Assembly: GCA_002269645.1 (NCBI GenBank)
Contig: NIVC01004541.1
Coordinates: 1-42,749, forward strand
Source of the DNA: Macrostomum lignano
Lineage: Eukaryota
Direction: 5' to 3'
DNA length: 42,749 nucleotides
Part shown: positions 19,912-32,994 of the stretch, piece after piece
How positions within the stretch are numbered: the stretch's first letter is position 1
How the letters are laid out: each line of letters begins with the position of its first letter
The notes under the pieces: generated by a model
Told to the model about the DNA's origin: nothing
What the model saw: only the letters and a program-made list of their open reading frames with translations
Databases searched by the model: none
Position numbers and translations under genes: made by a program

Positions 19912-22900
19912 TTACCAATGCCTTTGTTGTCTCCGCCTCTTCCTCTGCCGCTGCTTCCGCTGCTTCTGACGCCGTCGGTTCCGCTTCTCTTGGCGCCGCC
20001 TTTTTGCCCTTCGCCTCTTCTGCTGTCTATACTCTTTGCGAAGTTCGTTGTAGTTGTTATTGACTCGCTGCTCTTCGTCCAGAGTGTACACCCGAAACGC
20101 GAATAAAGACAGGGCAGCCTGGCGGAGCCTCTCGCTGGGCACAGCGTAGATGTAAATGGCAAACATCCGGCTACCGTTCGGGTCAACTTTGTTCAGACTG
20201 TCGTTGCTTATTGTCGGAAGAAATTTCTGGTCGTAGTTTCCAGGCGCACTCCGATTTTCATAGATTAATTTCATAAATTCAACTGGTTCGTCCTTTTCAA
20301 GGTGTCTAATCTTTCTGATTGACTTTTCAGAGGCGTTGGTTCCGAAGCCTTGGTTCTTGTTGCTTGGAAGGTCAATAGTTGAAACAGTAGACAGCAGTCG
20401 AGTCTCTACGTCCCGTACTATTCTCTTGTATGCTTTTTTGAACTGATATAGTCTACTTCTAAGTCTCATTTTACTGATGCGATTCTGCAAGCTCTGGACA
20501 AGGCCCAGCTCAAACACCAAACAGATGTAGCCATTGGAAGATGCAGTGTAGTGTGCCACCAAATTTGCCGTTCTGGGTGAAGCAATCTGCACTAGAAATG
20601 GCACATTGGTTCTGCTGTGGTGCTGCACGTGCATGTGCAGCTGCAGCAGCTTCTTGTAGCACTTGGCTGTCTCCTTCACTAGCCGTTTGCTGGAACGGCG
20701 AAACTCGCGTTGCTTCAGCGTCAGTTCGCACGCCCTCGCAGCTCTCTCGCGGCGTTGACTCTGAAGTGTGAAGTGATTATTTATTTGCCATTTTGCTTAT
20801 TGACTGACTTAAGGATTTTTTATTTATTCTTACGTTACCAAGATGAAGCGAGGTAGAAACGCTCACCTGAGGTCCATAAGCGTCAGGACTCCTTAGGACT
20901 TTCATATTTTCAACGCTATTGTACAGTTCCCATAGCAAGTTGATAGCTTCGTCAACCCGTCCGATTCGTGGCTGCACAATGTCCGGGCGTTCCGTGTTGG
21001 CCAAATGGACAAACTGCCACTGGAACTGTCGGGGCTTCGTAGTCCAACTTTCCGCAACTGTAAATGAGACATGTTGATACAAAATTCCGCTTATGCCTGC
21101 TCGCGAAAGGGGATGTCAACTTAAGCTTCAGCCCGAAGCAAAGCTAAGGACCAAACCGACTGCAATCGATAACTTTTCAGGTCGGAACAGCTGACTAGAA
21201 ACTCCGAGACATCCCACCCAGGTCCCTTCCTTGTGCTCCCAGTGTCTCTAGTTCCGTAGCTTAAGTTGATATCCCAGTTGCGTACCATGGCCTTATAAAC
21301 TTTACAAACTAAAAAAATCCGAGAATTGAAGGCAACCTACTGGCTCTCCGATGTCTGATGGGCCCCTGGCCCGGCTGGCCTTGGTCCTTGATCTTGTGCT
21401 CGAGTCTAATAAGCAGACGGATGCTGTCATAGCGACAGGCCTCGCTGTCGCCTGTTAGGCACATGTGCAACAGGTCCCGGCCGCAGGCCACGCCGCCATA
21501 CGGCCACACGGAATCGTTGCAGCTATAGTTGGCGGCATTGATGGCGAAAGAGTCTGACTGGCCGCTGTAAGGCGTGATTTCAACTCTGTAGGCCGAGCCC
21601 ACCATGTCCAGGCGAGACGGCCGGACCAACAGCGACGTGTTTGGTGGCATCTGAACTGAAACTGTAGCTTCGTACACACCGTTGTCGGTTCCTGGCACGG
21701 GCAGGAGGTCCGTTGAGGATTCCACGTAGTATTGCTGTGAGCAGGAGACAAACGGCTGGCGGATTCCAGTTTGGGGGTCTTTCCGGTGTAGCATTGACGT
21801 ATGCCATGCTACTGACTCGGCTTGGCCATCTGGAGGTAGGAGTTCGAATTTGCTGAGTCTTAATTGTCCTGGTTAATCTCTTGGCTAAGAAGCTAAATTC
21901 TTACAGTCGATTTTTTTGATAATTATGTTGTAAGCGTCGATAGTAATTCTATGCAGGCATGTAGTAAACTGCAGCCAATGCTGCAACGCCAAAGTAACCC
22001 AAGTTACACTCACCGGAACCTGGCCAGACCAGGTAGGCGTTTACATAGAGAACACTTGGATCGCGGCTCTCTAGCAGGCGAGACACGTTTACAAGAGGGT
22101 CTTGGCGATACAGGCTGGCATAGCTAGTGCAGTTGTAGGCGTAGGAGCCGATTGGCAAAGCGTATCGCTTGGTGCCGTCAAGCAGACCCTCGTGCGGATG
22201 GGGCAGAGCACCAGCAAGAGCGATCTGGGCTGAGCAGTACTGGTGCAGTGGCCGGATAGAGTTCACAACAACGCACACGTACATTTGGTTATGCAGCTGA
22301 CGCGCCGCAGCCATCATGTGGCTGACGCGAATCCGGATCTGCTGCGGCGAGGCGCTATTACCTCCGCGACCTCCCGGATCGCAGACCTGCAGGTTATAGC
22401 GGCTTGTGCCAAGCTCGATGCTGGGGTACCGCGTGGACAGCTTGATGAGCACTTTGGTGCTGCCCAGGCGTTGCAGTCTTTTTGTAGCATTGCCGAACGC
22501 GCCGAGGCGCATGCTGAGCGACTGGGTGCCACTGGTCTCCAGACGATGAGTGGCGCTGTACCGACTGACTAGCTGGTGATTGTCTCGGACGGCCAAGTCT
22601 GCAGTGACGGTTTTGTTCGATTGATTTAAGAAATGGTTTCAAGAAGAGGGTTTCAAGTACAGTACAGGCTGATCAATCAAGGTGCTCACTTTCGCCGGGA
22701 GGCCGGTAGTAATCAGCTTCCAACGAGCGCAACTTCATCGGCCGAGAGCGCGGTCCGGCTAGCTTGCGGAACTCGAACTCCACAGGCGACAGACAGGGCA
22801 CAACAGTGGCGAATAGGTTGGTTGGCAGATTGCTCGAGCTTTGGAAGACAAACTGCTCGTGCCTGTAGATACGTGATCCGCGGGTTGGTATTAGTTACTT

Positions 22901-25900
22901 TTGTTGGTGCGTACTTGGCCGTGGCTTCTTAAAACTCAGGATAATAATTTCAAAAAATAAAACCCTAATGCATTTTTAGAGTGGCAAAAAATATCAAGCT
23001 CGCTCATGACGAGAGTGGATGCGACGCATGACCTTGAATTATCAGGTGTAGTTTAAGCTGCATCTCTGCCTATAGCTTCATCCATCTCCTTCAGAACCGC
23101 ACACACCGAGCACCCAGTGAACTACAATGAACTAACTGCACCAAAGACGGCTATTGGTGAAGCGAAACGTCAACACTAATATTCCTCTGATCCTGCCCAA
23201 CAAATCCCAGGTATTCCGCCTCGAATGTCATTGGTGTATGCGGCTCGGTTTACTAATTAACAGGAGCTAGAAACAAAAGTTTTCCGCCGGTACTTTAGCC
23301 TTAGCTGTTAGTTACCACAGACACTGGCTTATTACCGCCCACCCCTGGCTGAACCCAGTCGAGCTGACGTAAGCAAACGGTAATTATATTGGCGGAGGGC
23401 CCACGCCTCGTTACAATTTCGTTTATTTGCTGTGCCAAGCAATTTCGAGCCACAGGCAAATTATGCAATTATATTTTGCTTCTTTTCCGTTTGTTTCACA
23501 TACCGCCAGATTTTAATCTATATATACCTGTCCTCGTGATGCGAAGCGGGCAGGTAATCTCGCCCAGTCGGTACACAATTGTCTTGCTTCCCCTTCTCGA
23601 CATCCTAGACAGATAATACATGTAACTTCCGACTTACTCCAATTGCACCCGTTCTTTTCTATTTATAGCACCTGCCGCCGCCGCTGTTTATCATCGCGCC
23701 AGAAATGCAAAAACGCGATTCGGATTCGAATACCAATGCAATGCAGGCCGTCTCCGGCTATATCGGTACTATGCGGCCGCCCCTCACCGGACCCTCCGCC
23801 CGTAGAAGTTCGACCTTCAATCGGTGCAGCGTTCCGAATACGAACTGCTGCTCGCTATGGGATCCTTGATATTTGTGTGGGGTGCGCGCACTCTATTATA
23901 TGGACCTTGGCGTGTCCGCCCCCCAGCCTCTCTAATCAACGGGCTATCGACACCTTCCTGGAGAGAGAGAGAGGCAGAGGATACCGCCAACGGTGTGGGA
24001 TATTTCTCCCCTCGTTATCAGTGCACTAACTTCAAGTTCCTTCGCCGTCTTATTTTTCCCTTTTCAGGCCGCTGCCCTAGATCCGCGCCGCTATATATCT
24101 ACAGGTGCAGGGGCTGCGGCAACTCTAAATTAAGCAAATCAGCCAGTGGTTGGAGGCACCGGTAGAATCGATAGAGGCAAGACTGCAGCAATTTGAAGCC
24201 CAGTATCGTTAAAAGATGGTTCGGATCGCCGTTGCCCGCTTGCACTGGAAGCATTGTATACCACCGAATTTTTTCTCTGCTTTTTTACTCGGAGCTCGGG
24301 TACAGACCGGAAAAGGACAGAATGTCATGGAAAAGAAACATGCAAAAGAACAGGTAAATTGGAAAAAGAAAAGGTAGACGGGCGGACAAACAAGATGAAA
24401 TTAAGAGAAAGTACAGGTGGCACCGAAGCAAGGAAACTGTTGAAAAAGATGGACAGCATAAATTGATAAGAAATTACGTCTGGTTCTAACAAACTTGTAT
24501 CTTACTAACTTTAAACCAACCGATAAACACACATGAATCAGACAAAACGGATCGGAAACCAACCGGTAAACACACATGAATCAGACAAAACGGATCGGAA
24601 ACCAACCGATAAACACACATGAATCAGACAAAACGGATCGGAAACCAACCGGTAAACACACATGAATCAGACAAAAGATATCAGAAACCAACCGATAAAT
24701 ACACATGAATCAGACAAAACGGATCGGAAACCAACCGATAAACACACATGAATCAGACAAAAGATATCGGAAACCAACCGATAAACACACATGAATCAGA
24801 CAAAATATATCAGAAACCAACCGATAAACACACATGAATCAGACAAAACGGATCGGAAACCAACCGGTAAACACACATGAATCAGACAAAACGGATCGGA
24901 AACCAACCGATAAACACACATGAATCAGACAAAACGGATCGGAAACCAACCGGTAAACACACATGAATCAGACAAAAGATATCAGAAACCAACCGATAAA
25001 TACACATGAATCAGACAAAACGGATCGGAAACCAACCGATAAACACACATGAATCAGACAAAAGATATCGGAAACCAACCGATAAACACACATGAATCAG
25101 ACAAAATATATCAGAAACCAACCGATAAACACACATGAATCAGACAAAACGGATCGGAAACCAACCGATAAACAAACATAAATCAGACAAAACATATCAG
25201 AAACCAACCGATAAATACACATGAATCAGACAAAACGGATCGGAAACCAACCGATAAACACACATGAATCAGACAAAACGGATCGGAAACCAACCGATAA
25301 ACACACATGAATCAGACAAAATATATCAGAAACCAACCGATAAACACACATAAATCAGACAAAACATATCAGAAACCAACCGATAAACACACATGAATCA
25401 GACAAAACGGATCGGAAACCAACCGATAAACACACATGAATCAGACAAAACATATCAGAAACCAACCGATAAACACACATGAATCAGACAAAACGGATCG
25501 GAAACCAACCGATAAATACACATGAATCAGACAAAATATATCAGAAACCAACCAAGCGAGGCAGCATTATGCAAAACGTAGAATATAATTGTCCTGCTGA
25601 TTCGAGCAAAATCAGAGACAGATTAGTGCAACAGGAGCTGCTGAACCGGTCCCAGAGCGGGCGCGGATGGACAACATTCGTTGCACGTTCAAGGGTAAAC
25701 GTCGCATTGAAAAAAAAACCATGGAGAAAAGTTTCGCAGTTCGAGAAAAGATTATTAGGGGACGCCCTAACTTTCATACGGCATCAAAACGACTGCACCT
25801 GCTAACCAGCAAGTCGAGGGTGCAAGTCGAGGGTCGAGGACCAGTTTCGGGGACAGTTGCATTGGGCCGACTGCACTTTTCCATCCTGGCCTGGAGGGGC

Positions 25901-27485
25901 ACCCTGAACATTGTATACACGAAATAGACAAGATTCGACGCAGGTCGTCTGTCTCTCTGTCTGTCCCTACAGAGTCTGAAATCTACTAATCTGTATTCAT
26001 TTTTGCTCCAGCAATCGGGTCCCAGCTTGGCCCCTTGACCAACAGACGGAAAAATGCCTCCATGTCCCACTGATTCCACGACTGCAGACAGACGCCTCCC
26101 AGCTGCGGGAGCTACATGAGGGGGTAGGAGGGAAACAAAGGGTTCAGACTTTGAACATCTGAACGGACACTCTAGCCGATTTGTTCTGCTGCAGAAAGTC
26201 TACCGCAGCTATATACATATTACACAGTTTTGCCACCAAATTTAGGCGCCCATTCGAGTGGCGGCGGCTGCGGCGGTAAAATTCGAAAAGATTAAAGAGA
26301 AAAGAGAGATAGATAGGTCAAGAAACGACCGTTGGGCTGGTAAATTTGCACTGACAAGACGGCGGCCGAACCGCTGTTCCGTATTCGTGCCTGGATAGGC
26401 AACATTAGGGGGGCTATGGTTAGCGAATGTCAGTTATCCCGATGGGGCAGGGGAGATTTACCTGCGTCATGTGACGCCGCAGCGTCAGTCAACCGACGGG
26501 GTCGCGACTACCGCCGGCCCAGCTTCAAGTAGAAAAAATGACGAATATCGCTTTATCCTATTTCTTCGTCCCAATATCCCACAGGCTCATCCTCTCTATT
26601 ATAACCTTATTCTGTCCTCCGCTCAGACTACAGGCGGCGGGCCTTGTTTTCTGTCGCGCGGACCAGAAAATTTCTCGCTTTGTAACGCGGCTCGACTCTT
26701 AAAAAAAGGCGATTTTAGCCCAAGGATATGCACTTTAAATAGGGGGACAGGCCTGGAAGCTGCTTCTTTGCAAAGCCAATTTTTCATGGGAAAAAAGTGG
26801 TAGAAGCTGGGATGGGTGGACTGGATGAAAACAAACGTGTGACGCATTTGTTTTAATCTCAACAACACCGTCAGATATTGTAAAGAAGTCTAATTTTCAT
26901 AGAAATTTTATGATTTTAGAAGTCGCCTTCTAAAGAACACAAAAAATCTCGTGGAAGTTTATAATGCGAAGATTAAAAACGGACTGATTGCATGGTAAGC
27001 CACTGTTCAGGATTTGGCACGAATTTGAAATCCATGATAGTTCATAGTTTGGCGCGAATTTAAAATCTGCGATGCTTATATTTCATAGTCTACGTCAAAA
27101 TAAGCTTGATGCGAATTTTATCTAATTAGTTCCCAGACATTTTTTCTAATTTACTTGTTTTTGTGGCAAAACTCCTGTACTTGCGTGCATCTTCAAATCA
27201 TCCCTGTTTACAATCAATTTGAAAAAATTCGCGAAGTGCTACTTTTCCCAATTGTCGCATGCACGGCAAAGCCAGTCTCAGTTTATCTCACCGAGTCGTG
27301 GCTAGAGTGTACAGCAGCTGCCTGTCCATCGCGTCTTGAATGTCGATCACCTTCCGGTGTTGCAGCACCGTCTGAGTCAGTCCCAGCGGCAGCTGCGAGC
27401 GACCAGCAGACAGCCGTGCTGGCGAGTCCAGCAGCAGTAGCAACGGCAACAGCAATTGAAACATTGGCGGTAGAGTGGCTTTCAT
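19912..27485 (-). CDS. Secreted NDNF/Nord-family-like protein, 826 aa; exons 27485-27292, 22862-22690, 22598-22014, 21829-21341, 21057-20867, 20760-19912
   Basis: All five introns are GT-AG and phase-compatible (2,1,1,1,0); exons total 2481 nt = 827 codons. Signal-peptide-like MKATLPPMFQLLLPLLLLLDSPARLSAG. FATVVPCLSPVEFEF and YVCVVVNSIRPLHQYCSAQIAL resemble NDNF motifs as I recall them (VTVTPCDAPLEWKL; YCVVINKEHNFKSLCAVEAKL). The gene structure is solid; the family call is motif recognition only. Confidence 0.72.
24513..25553. repeat. 43-bp minisatellite (AAACCAACCGATAAACACACATGAATCAGACAAAACGGATCGG), about 24 copies, in intron 1 of the NDNF-like gene
   Basis: Tandem units with two interspersed variants (CGGATCGG vs ATATCAG/ATATCGG). 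Confidence 0.96.
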
Positions 27486-28210
27486 GTCTGCAGTCTGTCT
27501 GTGCAGTGTAGTCTGGCCACCAGCTTTGCGAGGCGCGGAGGTAGCTGCTATCTGCGAACAGAAAGCGGGAATCGCGGATGCGGGGAGTAACGCGGTATTA
27601 AGGGGTTCCGCCCCGGTAATTATCCCGCCGGCCTGTCGGGCCTCAGCCAATGAGACAAAGACGCGGCCGACTGGACCGGTTAGGATTGGGAACCATGGGA
27701 AATGGGAACTTGCCTTCCCAGCGCGTCCGTGCGAGCGGCAACAAGATTGCGCTGCAAGATAATTGCACCGTCTGATCGGCGCAAGAAGTCTGCGGCTTTG
27801 CTGGCGTGTTGAGGGCGAGGGCGAAATGCGAATTGGGGGGCATACATGCAGAGCTGGAGAGCATTACTATTCCATGGCGTACACGGCGTAGAGGCTCATA
27901 GAAGTACCGAGGAGTCATAGGCCAGCAGACAACTGGAGTACCAGTATGCATTTCTTAAACAGCCGGTAGTTTTAATGTCCCGGCATTAACGTGAAACTTG
28001 TGTTAACTCGGCTAATGCTAACACGTATTTTTATTAGAGGCAGAGGGCTGTGTACTTTACCCTGGCGCACTTTAAACGACATTGTCTCACAACCGGCGAG
28101 AGGCATTACTGCCCATTCCGCCGACTCCCCTGAACAGGTACACAAGCGCGCGGATACGTACGCAGTCATACGACAGGTACACACTCACACATGAGTGTAC
28201 AGCGGCCCTA

Positions 28211-28411
28211 ACTTTATTTATCGTTAGGCATGTACACTTCACTGTGCCTTGGGGGCTGGCTCTCCTTTGGCCGAGGTTGGCCGTTAATTGCACGAGCAGA
28301 GCCAAGCCGAGTTTCCAATTCAGCCCCAAATTAATGTGACTGCCTGCACTGGGAATCGAGCCTGGGCCGCTGGCACATCAAAGCGCCGCGCCAGACCACC
28401 GGGCTACGGCC
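28211..28411 (-). mobile_element. tRNA-derived SINE-like element
   Basis: Minus strand has A-box-like GTAGCCCGGTGG, B-box-like GGCTCGATTCCC, a ~130-bp non-tRNA body and a TAAATAAA tail. I could not see a proper cloverleaf or acceptor stem. Confidence 0.55.
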
Positions 28412-30944
28412 CCCTTCTACACTGGAATTAGTCATGTAATTTATTGACTATTATAATGCATAAGCTTCATATAACACTATCGCATTCGAAGAGCAAATAA
28501 TTATTCCTTTCCACATTCTTTCCCATCCAGTATTTTATCCGATATAGCAAAAACTGCCAGATTTCCAACCAGATAAGAGCCCCGACCGACCCGGCAACCG
28601 GGCGGAGATCTTTAAAAAAAGCGGGACCTCCTGCATGCAGCCACCCATCGGCCCCATCCGCATCTTGGCAGCGGGCGAGACGTCGTTTCTGCGCAGCATC
28701 GTCGCAGAGAGTTTTAGTCATAATTGCCCATCTGCTGCGGCCGCTGTCTAACTGGCGGGGGTGCATAAAAGAAAAGAGATGGGGCAGGGGGGGGCAGAGC
28801 CGCAACTGGTTGATTTGTCCTTGCGGCCGGCTCCGCCTTTTTCTGTTGTCAGAAAACGCCGCCTCGTATTACTTAACCCCCCCCCCCGACCACCCCTCCA
28901 AGGTCGTGGCCGTGTTTATCCCCGGATCGGCAGGGCGAGGAGAAAGATCGCTAGAGAGGGAGGGAAAGGTAGGATAAGTGCGAAACTGCGCTGCTGGGTC
29001 AAATTCGTGTGCGCCTGCATGACTCAGCCTGTGACACCTAGAAACCCTTTTAAAGAATCATTCAACAGAAAAAAACTGTTCTGCTTTTTAACCTTTCCCT
29101 GTAAAAAGCGGGGTAAGTTGGTTCACATGTACTTGCTAGTTAAACAGCGCTACCAGCTACAAACGATTTGGTTAAACAGGGTCACAGGGTCACAGAAAGT
29201 CCAACCCTTTAAGCCCCCAGAAAGTTCATAAAGAACAGCAGCAGACCGTCGGGTTCTTAAGATACGCTCGTACGTGTAGCAACCACAGGTTGTATTTGGT
29301 TAAATGCAAACTTTCCCTGCAGCCGAAATCCCGCCCCAGGGACAGGCCCTAAAAAATTAGTTATCATTTGTTTTGCTACGATTTTTGACCTCTTCTAAAG
29401 TTAGGTTGGAAGGCCAAAATTTATAGACCCTCGGCCTCAGCTGAAGGCAGCGCGGGGAAGTAGCGGGACCCGCCAGGCCGAACACCAATGTAAACCGGCC
29501 TGATGTAGGCAGTGGGCGCGGCATAGGAAGATCAGAAGGGAATTGGAAGGTCAAGACTGATGAAGGGGATCTGAGAGGAGAGAGAAAAATAACGAGCAAG
29601 GAGATACACAGACTTGGCTGGGATACCTGGGGGGATTAGGGAGATGATGGGTGGAAAAATAGCTGACTGGAAAAGCCCCCATGCCAGGGTCAGCTTCACT
29701 CTATAATCCCCAAGGTGCCGCGATTTTCAAGATATTACGGACTGAGGAAGGTTGTATTTATAAGATCTGCCAGATCCCTATAATTGAACTCGTTGATTGC
29801 AGGGGTGTAGCCATAATTTTTCACTGCATGGGGAGGCCACATCTCAGATACATGTAGGGACGCCAAAGCTACTGCAAGGGGGCGCCATATTACTTTTTTC
29901 CAGCCGATTGTAGGGGAGGAGGGGGCCTTGACCCGGTTGATCGCCTCCATCATCAGCCTTACATCAGCTCGCCTCCCCTGCGATCCGCTCCGCAGTTGTC
30001 ACCGCCGCACAAGCTCCCACCCGCGGCACCTCCCGCTACTATACCCGCCACAAACGCCGTTTTTCTAACCCGACTGCTGCATCGAAACGAAAATCTTTCC
30101 TCCTGCCAACACCCATTGGCCCATGTCCACCGACCCCCGCACCGCCAAATTTGGACTCCAAACTTTAAATAGGCGGTTAAAGGCCTCGTAAGACAAACTT
30201 TCTGCTGATGAAATCTCCAAATCTTCGCCAGGAAGACGCAAGTCATCAGTAAAACGCCATCATGCAGTTGGCCCCGCTCGATCCACTTCAAATAAATGCG
30301 AATCAGCAATCAGCGTCGGCACGATCTAATCCCGCCAACCCTGACCCGCTGACGAGATTTAACTGTCCATCAGCACTGGAATGAAAGGATTAGTCTAACC
30401 CTGCGGTCACATGATGCATCTGCTGGAGTAGACAAAAAATAGCGTTTCTAACAGAGACCTCGCCCTACTGGGCCCATGAAAGATGCTCTTATATTTAAAA
30501 AAGATAATGACCGTCCGTTGTTTAAAGTAACAAGCAGCTCTCTTGCAAAAACTCTTGTGCAAACCACGGCCCCCATTCTGCTATTTTATCTGCTATTTTA
30601 ATGCTGATAGCGTTTTATGTCGAATTTGATGACCGTTTTTGGGCCGGTCTATTGTTTGCATTGAACAAGCCAGGGTCATTAAGCTCCTGTTTGATTTGTC
30701 TCCCCAACAGGCGTAGCGAAGTAGTTCGTACACGAAAATCCGCAAAGCTCTTGAATGGCAAAATAAATGTACCGCTTAGCGAATACAAGTCACAGAGTAC
30801 AAATGACAAAGCAAAACAAACACGCCAAAGTTCAACTGGGTGCAACTCAGAAACGACGGCACACGGATAGACGAGATTCGTCTGGAAGATGACTCAAAGA
30901 GTCTCACATTCTTTAATGAGACTTAGGATTATTCAACCATTGAT

Positions 30945-31260
30945 ATGTTGCTCGTCAACGAGACCAATCAAGAGATGGATGAATCTTGTGCTCACAGAGA
31001 CCAATCAAGAGATGCATATTTCGCTCACAGAGACCAATCAAGAGATGCATATTTTGCTCATTAACGAGACCAATCAAGAGATGGATGAATCTTGTGCTCA
31101 CAGAGACCAATCAAGAGATGCATATTTCGCTCACAGAGACCAATCAAGAGATGCATATTTCGCTCACAGAGACCAATCAAGTGTTGCATATTGTGCTCAC
31201 TAACGAGATCAATCAAGAGATAACTCTACCATCAATGTGCTCACCGAAGAGACAAAAGAG
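30945..31260. repeat. ~33-bp tandem repeat (GAGACCAATCAAGAGATGCATATTTCGCTCACA)
   Basis: About 8-9 partly degenerate units. Confidence 0.88.
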
Positions 31261-31739
31261 ATGCACTATAATGGCTCAGATATCGGATGAAGGATACCAA
31301 ACCAGAGAGATGGATGACTCAATCATCGCTAAGGTGCAAATCGACGAGAATAACCAATGAGACGATGACTCCAGAATCTCTGTTTTAGACGATTGATTTT
31401 AATTTTGAAAAAAATAGTGAAGAACTAGTTTCTAACTGCAACGAATTCGTTTGAGCTCAAAAAATTGTGCTCACAAGTCCGCCAAAGCGACAAAAGCAAC
31501 AACGGTCTGCCTTGCTACTTGCAGCAGCCAATGCAAAGCCTATCAATTTATTCAGCCACACAGTTTAGTTATATCGAAGCACGAGTAGACTTAAGACAAG
31601 GATTAGGCCGGCTAGGAGAAGCGCATCAATTAAGGGCAACGTTTAAAATGCTCAAGCCGAAACATATTTTGCCAGGTTTTCGACAAACACAAACTACTTT
31701 AAGTAGTCGAATAGAAAAAAATGGCCTTTTTGATGCTTG

Positions 31740-32861
31740 TCAAACTAGTAGCACGGCATTGATGCAGCCGTCATTCTCCGGACAGTTAGTCACCTGGGCG
31801 TATTTCCCCCAAACAACTTTGCCGGACTGCGTCACCAGGCCCAGATCGCTGACGTTCACCTCGATCACCGTGCCCTTAGTGATGATGCCCAGGCTGGTGT
31901 ACAGAGACGATGTTGGATTCTTTTTCACGCCCAGCAACGGCAGCTGGAACGTGGCTTTGAGCTCCGGATGAGTCACGTGAGCGACCTTGAAGCGCAGTCC
32001 GGTTGGCCGAATAAATCGCTCATATTTCGGCGGCTTCCTAGTGAAACCGTCAGGCACAAATGTCACCTTGGTAACCATCCGCTTCCAGGCTTTGCGCTTG
32101 GATTTGCCGCTGCGCAGAGCGCGGAACGCCTCCGCCTCGGACGTGGCGCGGACCTTCGGGATCGGCACGTCCCACTTGCCTGCGGATTAGAGGGGTTCCA
32201 ATTGTGTAGGTGCGCTTCCCCCGTATGGGGTTGGGGATTAGGGGTTGCAATTGATATGGGGAATATCTGGTGTGGGATCAAGGAGTAACTATCCACTCCA
32301 CTAACCCAAGGAGTGACTGATGAGGGGATCAAGGAGTGGCTGATGTGGGGATCAGAGAGTGTGGCTGACATGGGAGTCAGGGAGTGGCTGATGTGGGGAT
32401 CAGAGAGCGGCTGATGTGGGGATCAGAGAGTGTGGCTGATATGGGAGTCAGGGAGTGGCTGACATGGGATTCAAGGAGTGGCTGATGTGGGGGATCACAA
32501 AAAAGCATTACTCACCTGCTTTCTCCTTTCGCTTCTGCTTGAGCATGTTAGACAGCACCTTGGCCCTGGTCTGGTCCTCCCTATCCAGCAGGTAGACAGG
32601 CTTGGCGCCCTCCGGAACCTCCTGATCGTCGGCTCGCTGCCGCGTGTCCCGCTGATCGTGCGCACGCAGCGTCTTCTTCATCTGCACTTTCTCCTTGTGC
32701 CGCTCCTTGTTGTACAGCTTGGCCTTGAGTCCACGCAGAGTTCGCGCCTTCTTAGACCGCAGCCGGCCCTGTCTGGCCTCCTTCTTGCGCTGCTTCTCAT
32801 CGTGATCGAACCGACGGCCGTGCCGCTTCCGGTGCAGCTCGATGTGCTCGTTCTGAGGCAT
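31740..32861 (-). CDS. NSA2: Ribosome biogenesis protein NSA2 homolog, 261 aa; exons 32861-32516 and 32179-31740
   Basis: [20 protein letters not shown]...KRKEKAG|[10 protein letters not shown]...[12 protein letters not shown]...[10 protein letters not shown]; phase-1 GT-AG intron of 336 bp. Confidence 0.96.
32280..32495. repeat. Degenerate G-rich tandem repeats (GGAGTGGCTGATGTGGGGATCAGAGAG...) in the NSA2 intron
   Basis: Recurring GTGGCTGA(T/C)(G/A)TGGG units. Confidence 0.8.
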
Positions 32862-32994
32862 GCAAATATTAAAAATTACAAACTACTTATAGTAGAAAAC
32901 CGATTTGAAAACTAAATTTCTAAATCGTGTGCTAGATTCCCGAGACTGAAGATAAATAATGAGTCCCTGTAGGCCTTAAACTATTAAAATTACT

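Noticed and set aside
23640-24250. GC-richer stretch in NDNF-like intron 1 with short ORFs, a possible retroelement relic or nested exon
   Set aside because: No recognisable motif, stops in the candidate frames, and exons 1 and 2 already join in phase.
24513-25553. CRISPR-like appearance of the regular 43-bp array (and of other arrays)
   Set aside because: Head-to-tail repeats with no unique spacers, no cas genes, and a eukaryotic intronic context.
28330-28411. Functional tRNA gene
   Set aside because: Has A/B-box-like motifs but no convincing acceptor stem or anticodon arm; treated as a SINE head.
29590-30310. Short minus-strand ORFs faintly like LINE fragments (INEFNYRDLADLINTTFLSP)
   Set aside because: Too short and degenerate to support without a profile search.
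30889-31360. Plus-strand ORFs with LTETNQEM / RPIKR repeats
   Set aside because: Products of the 33-bp tandem repeat.
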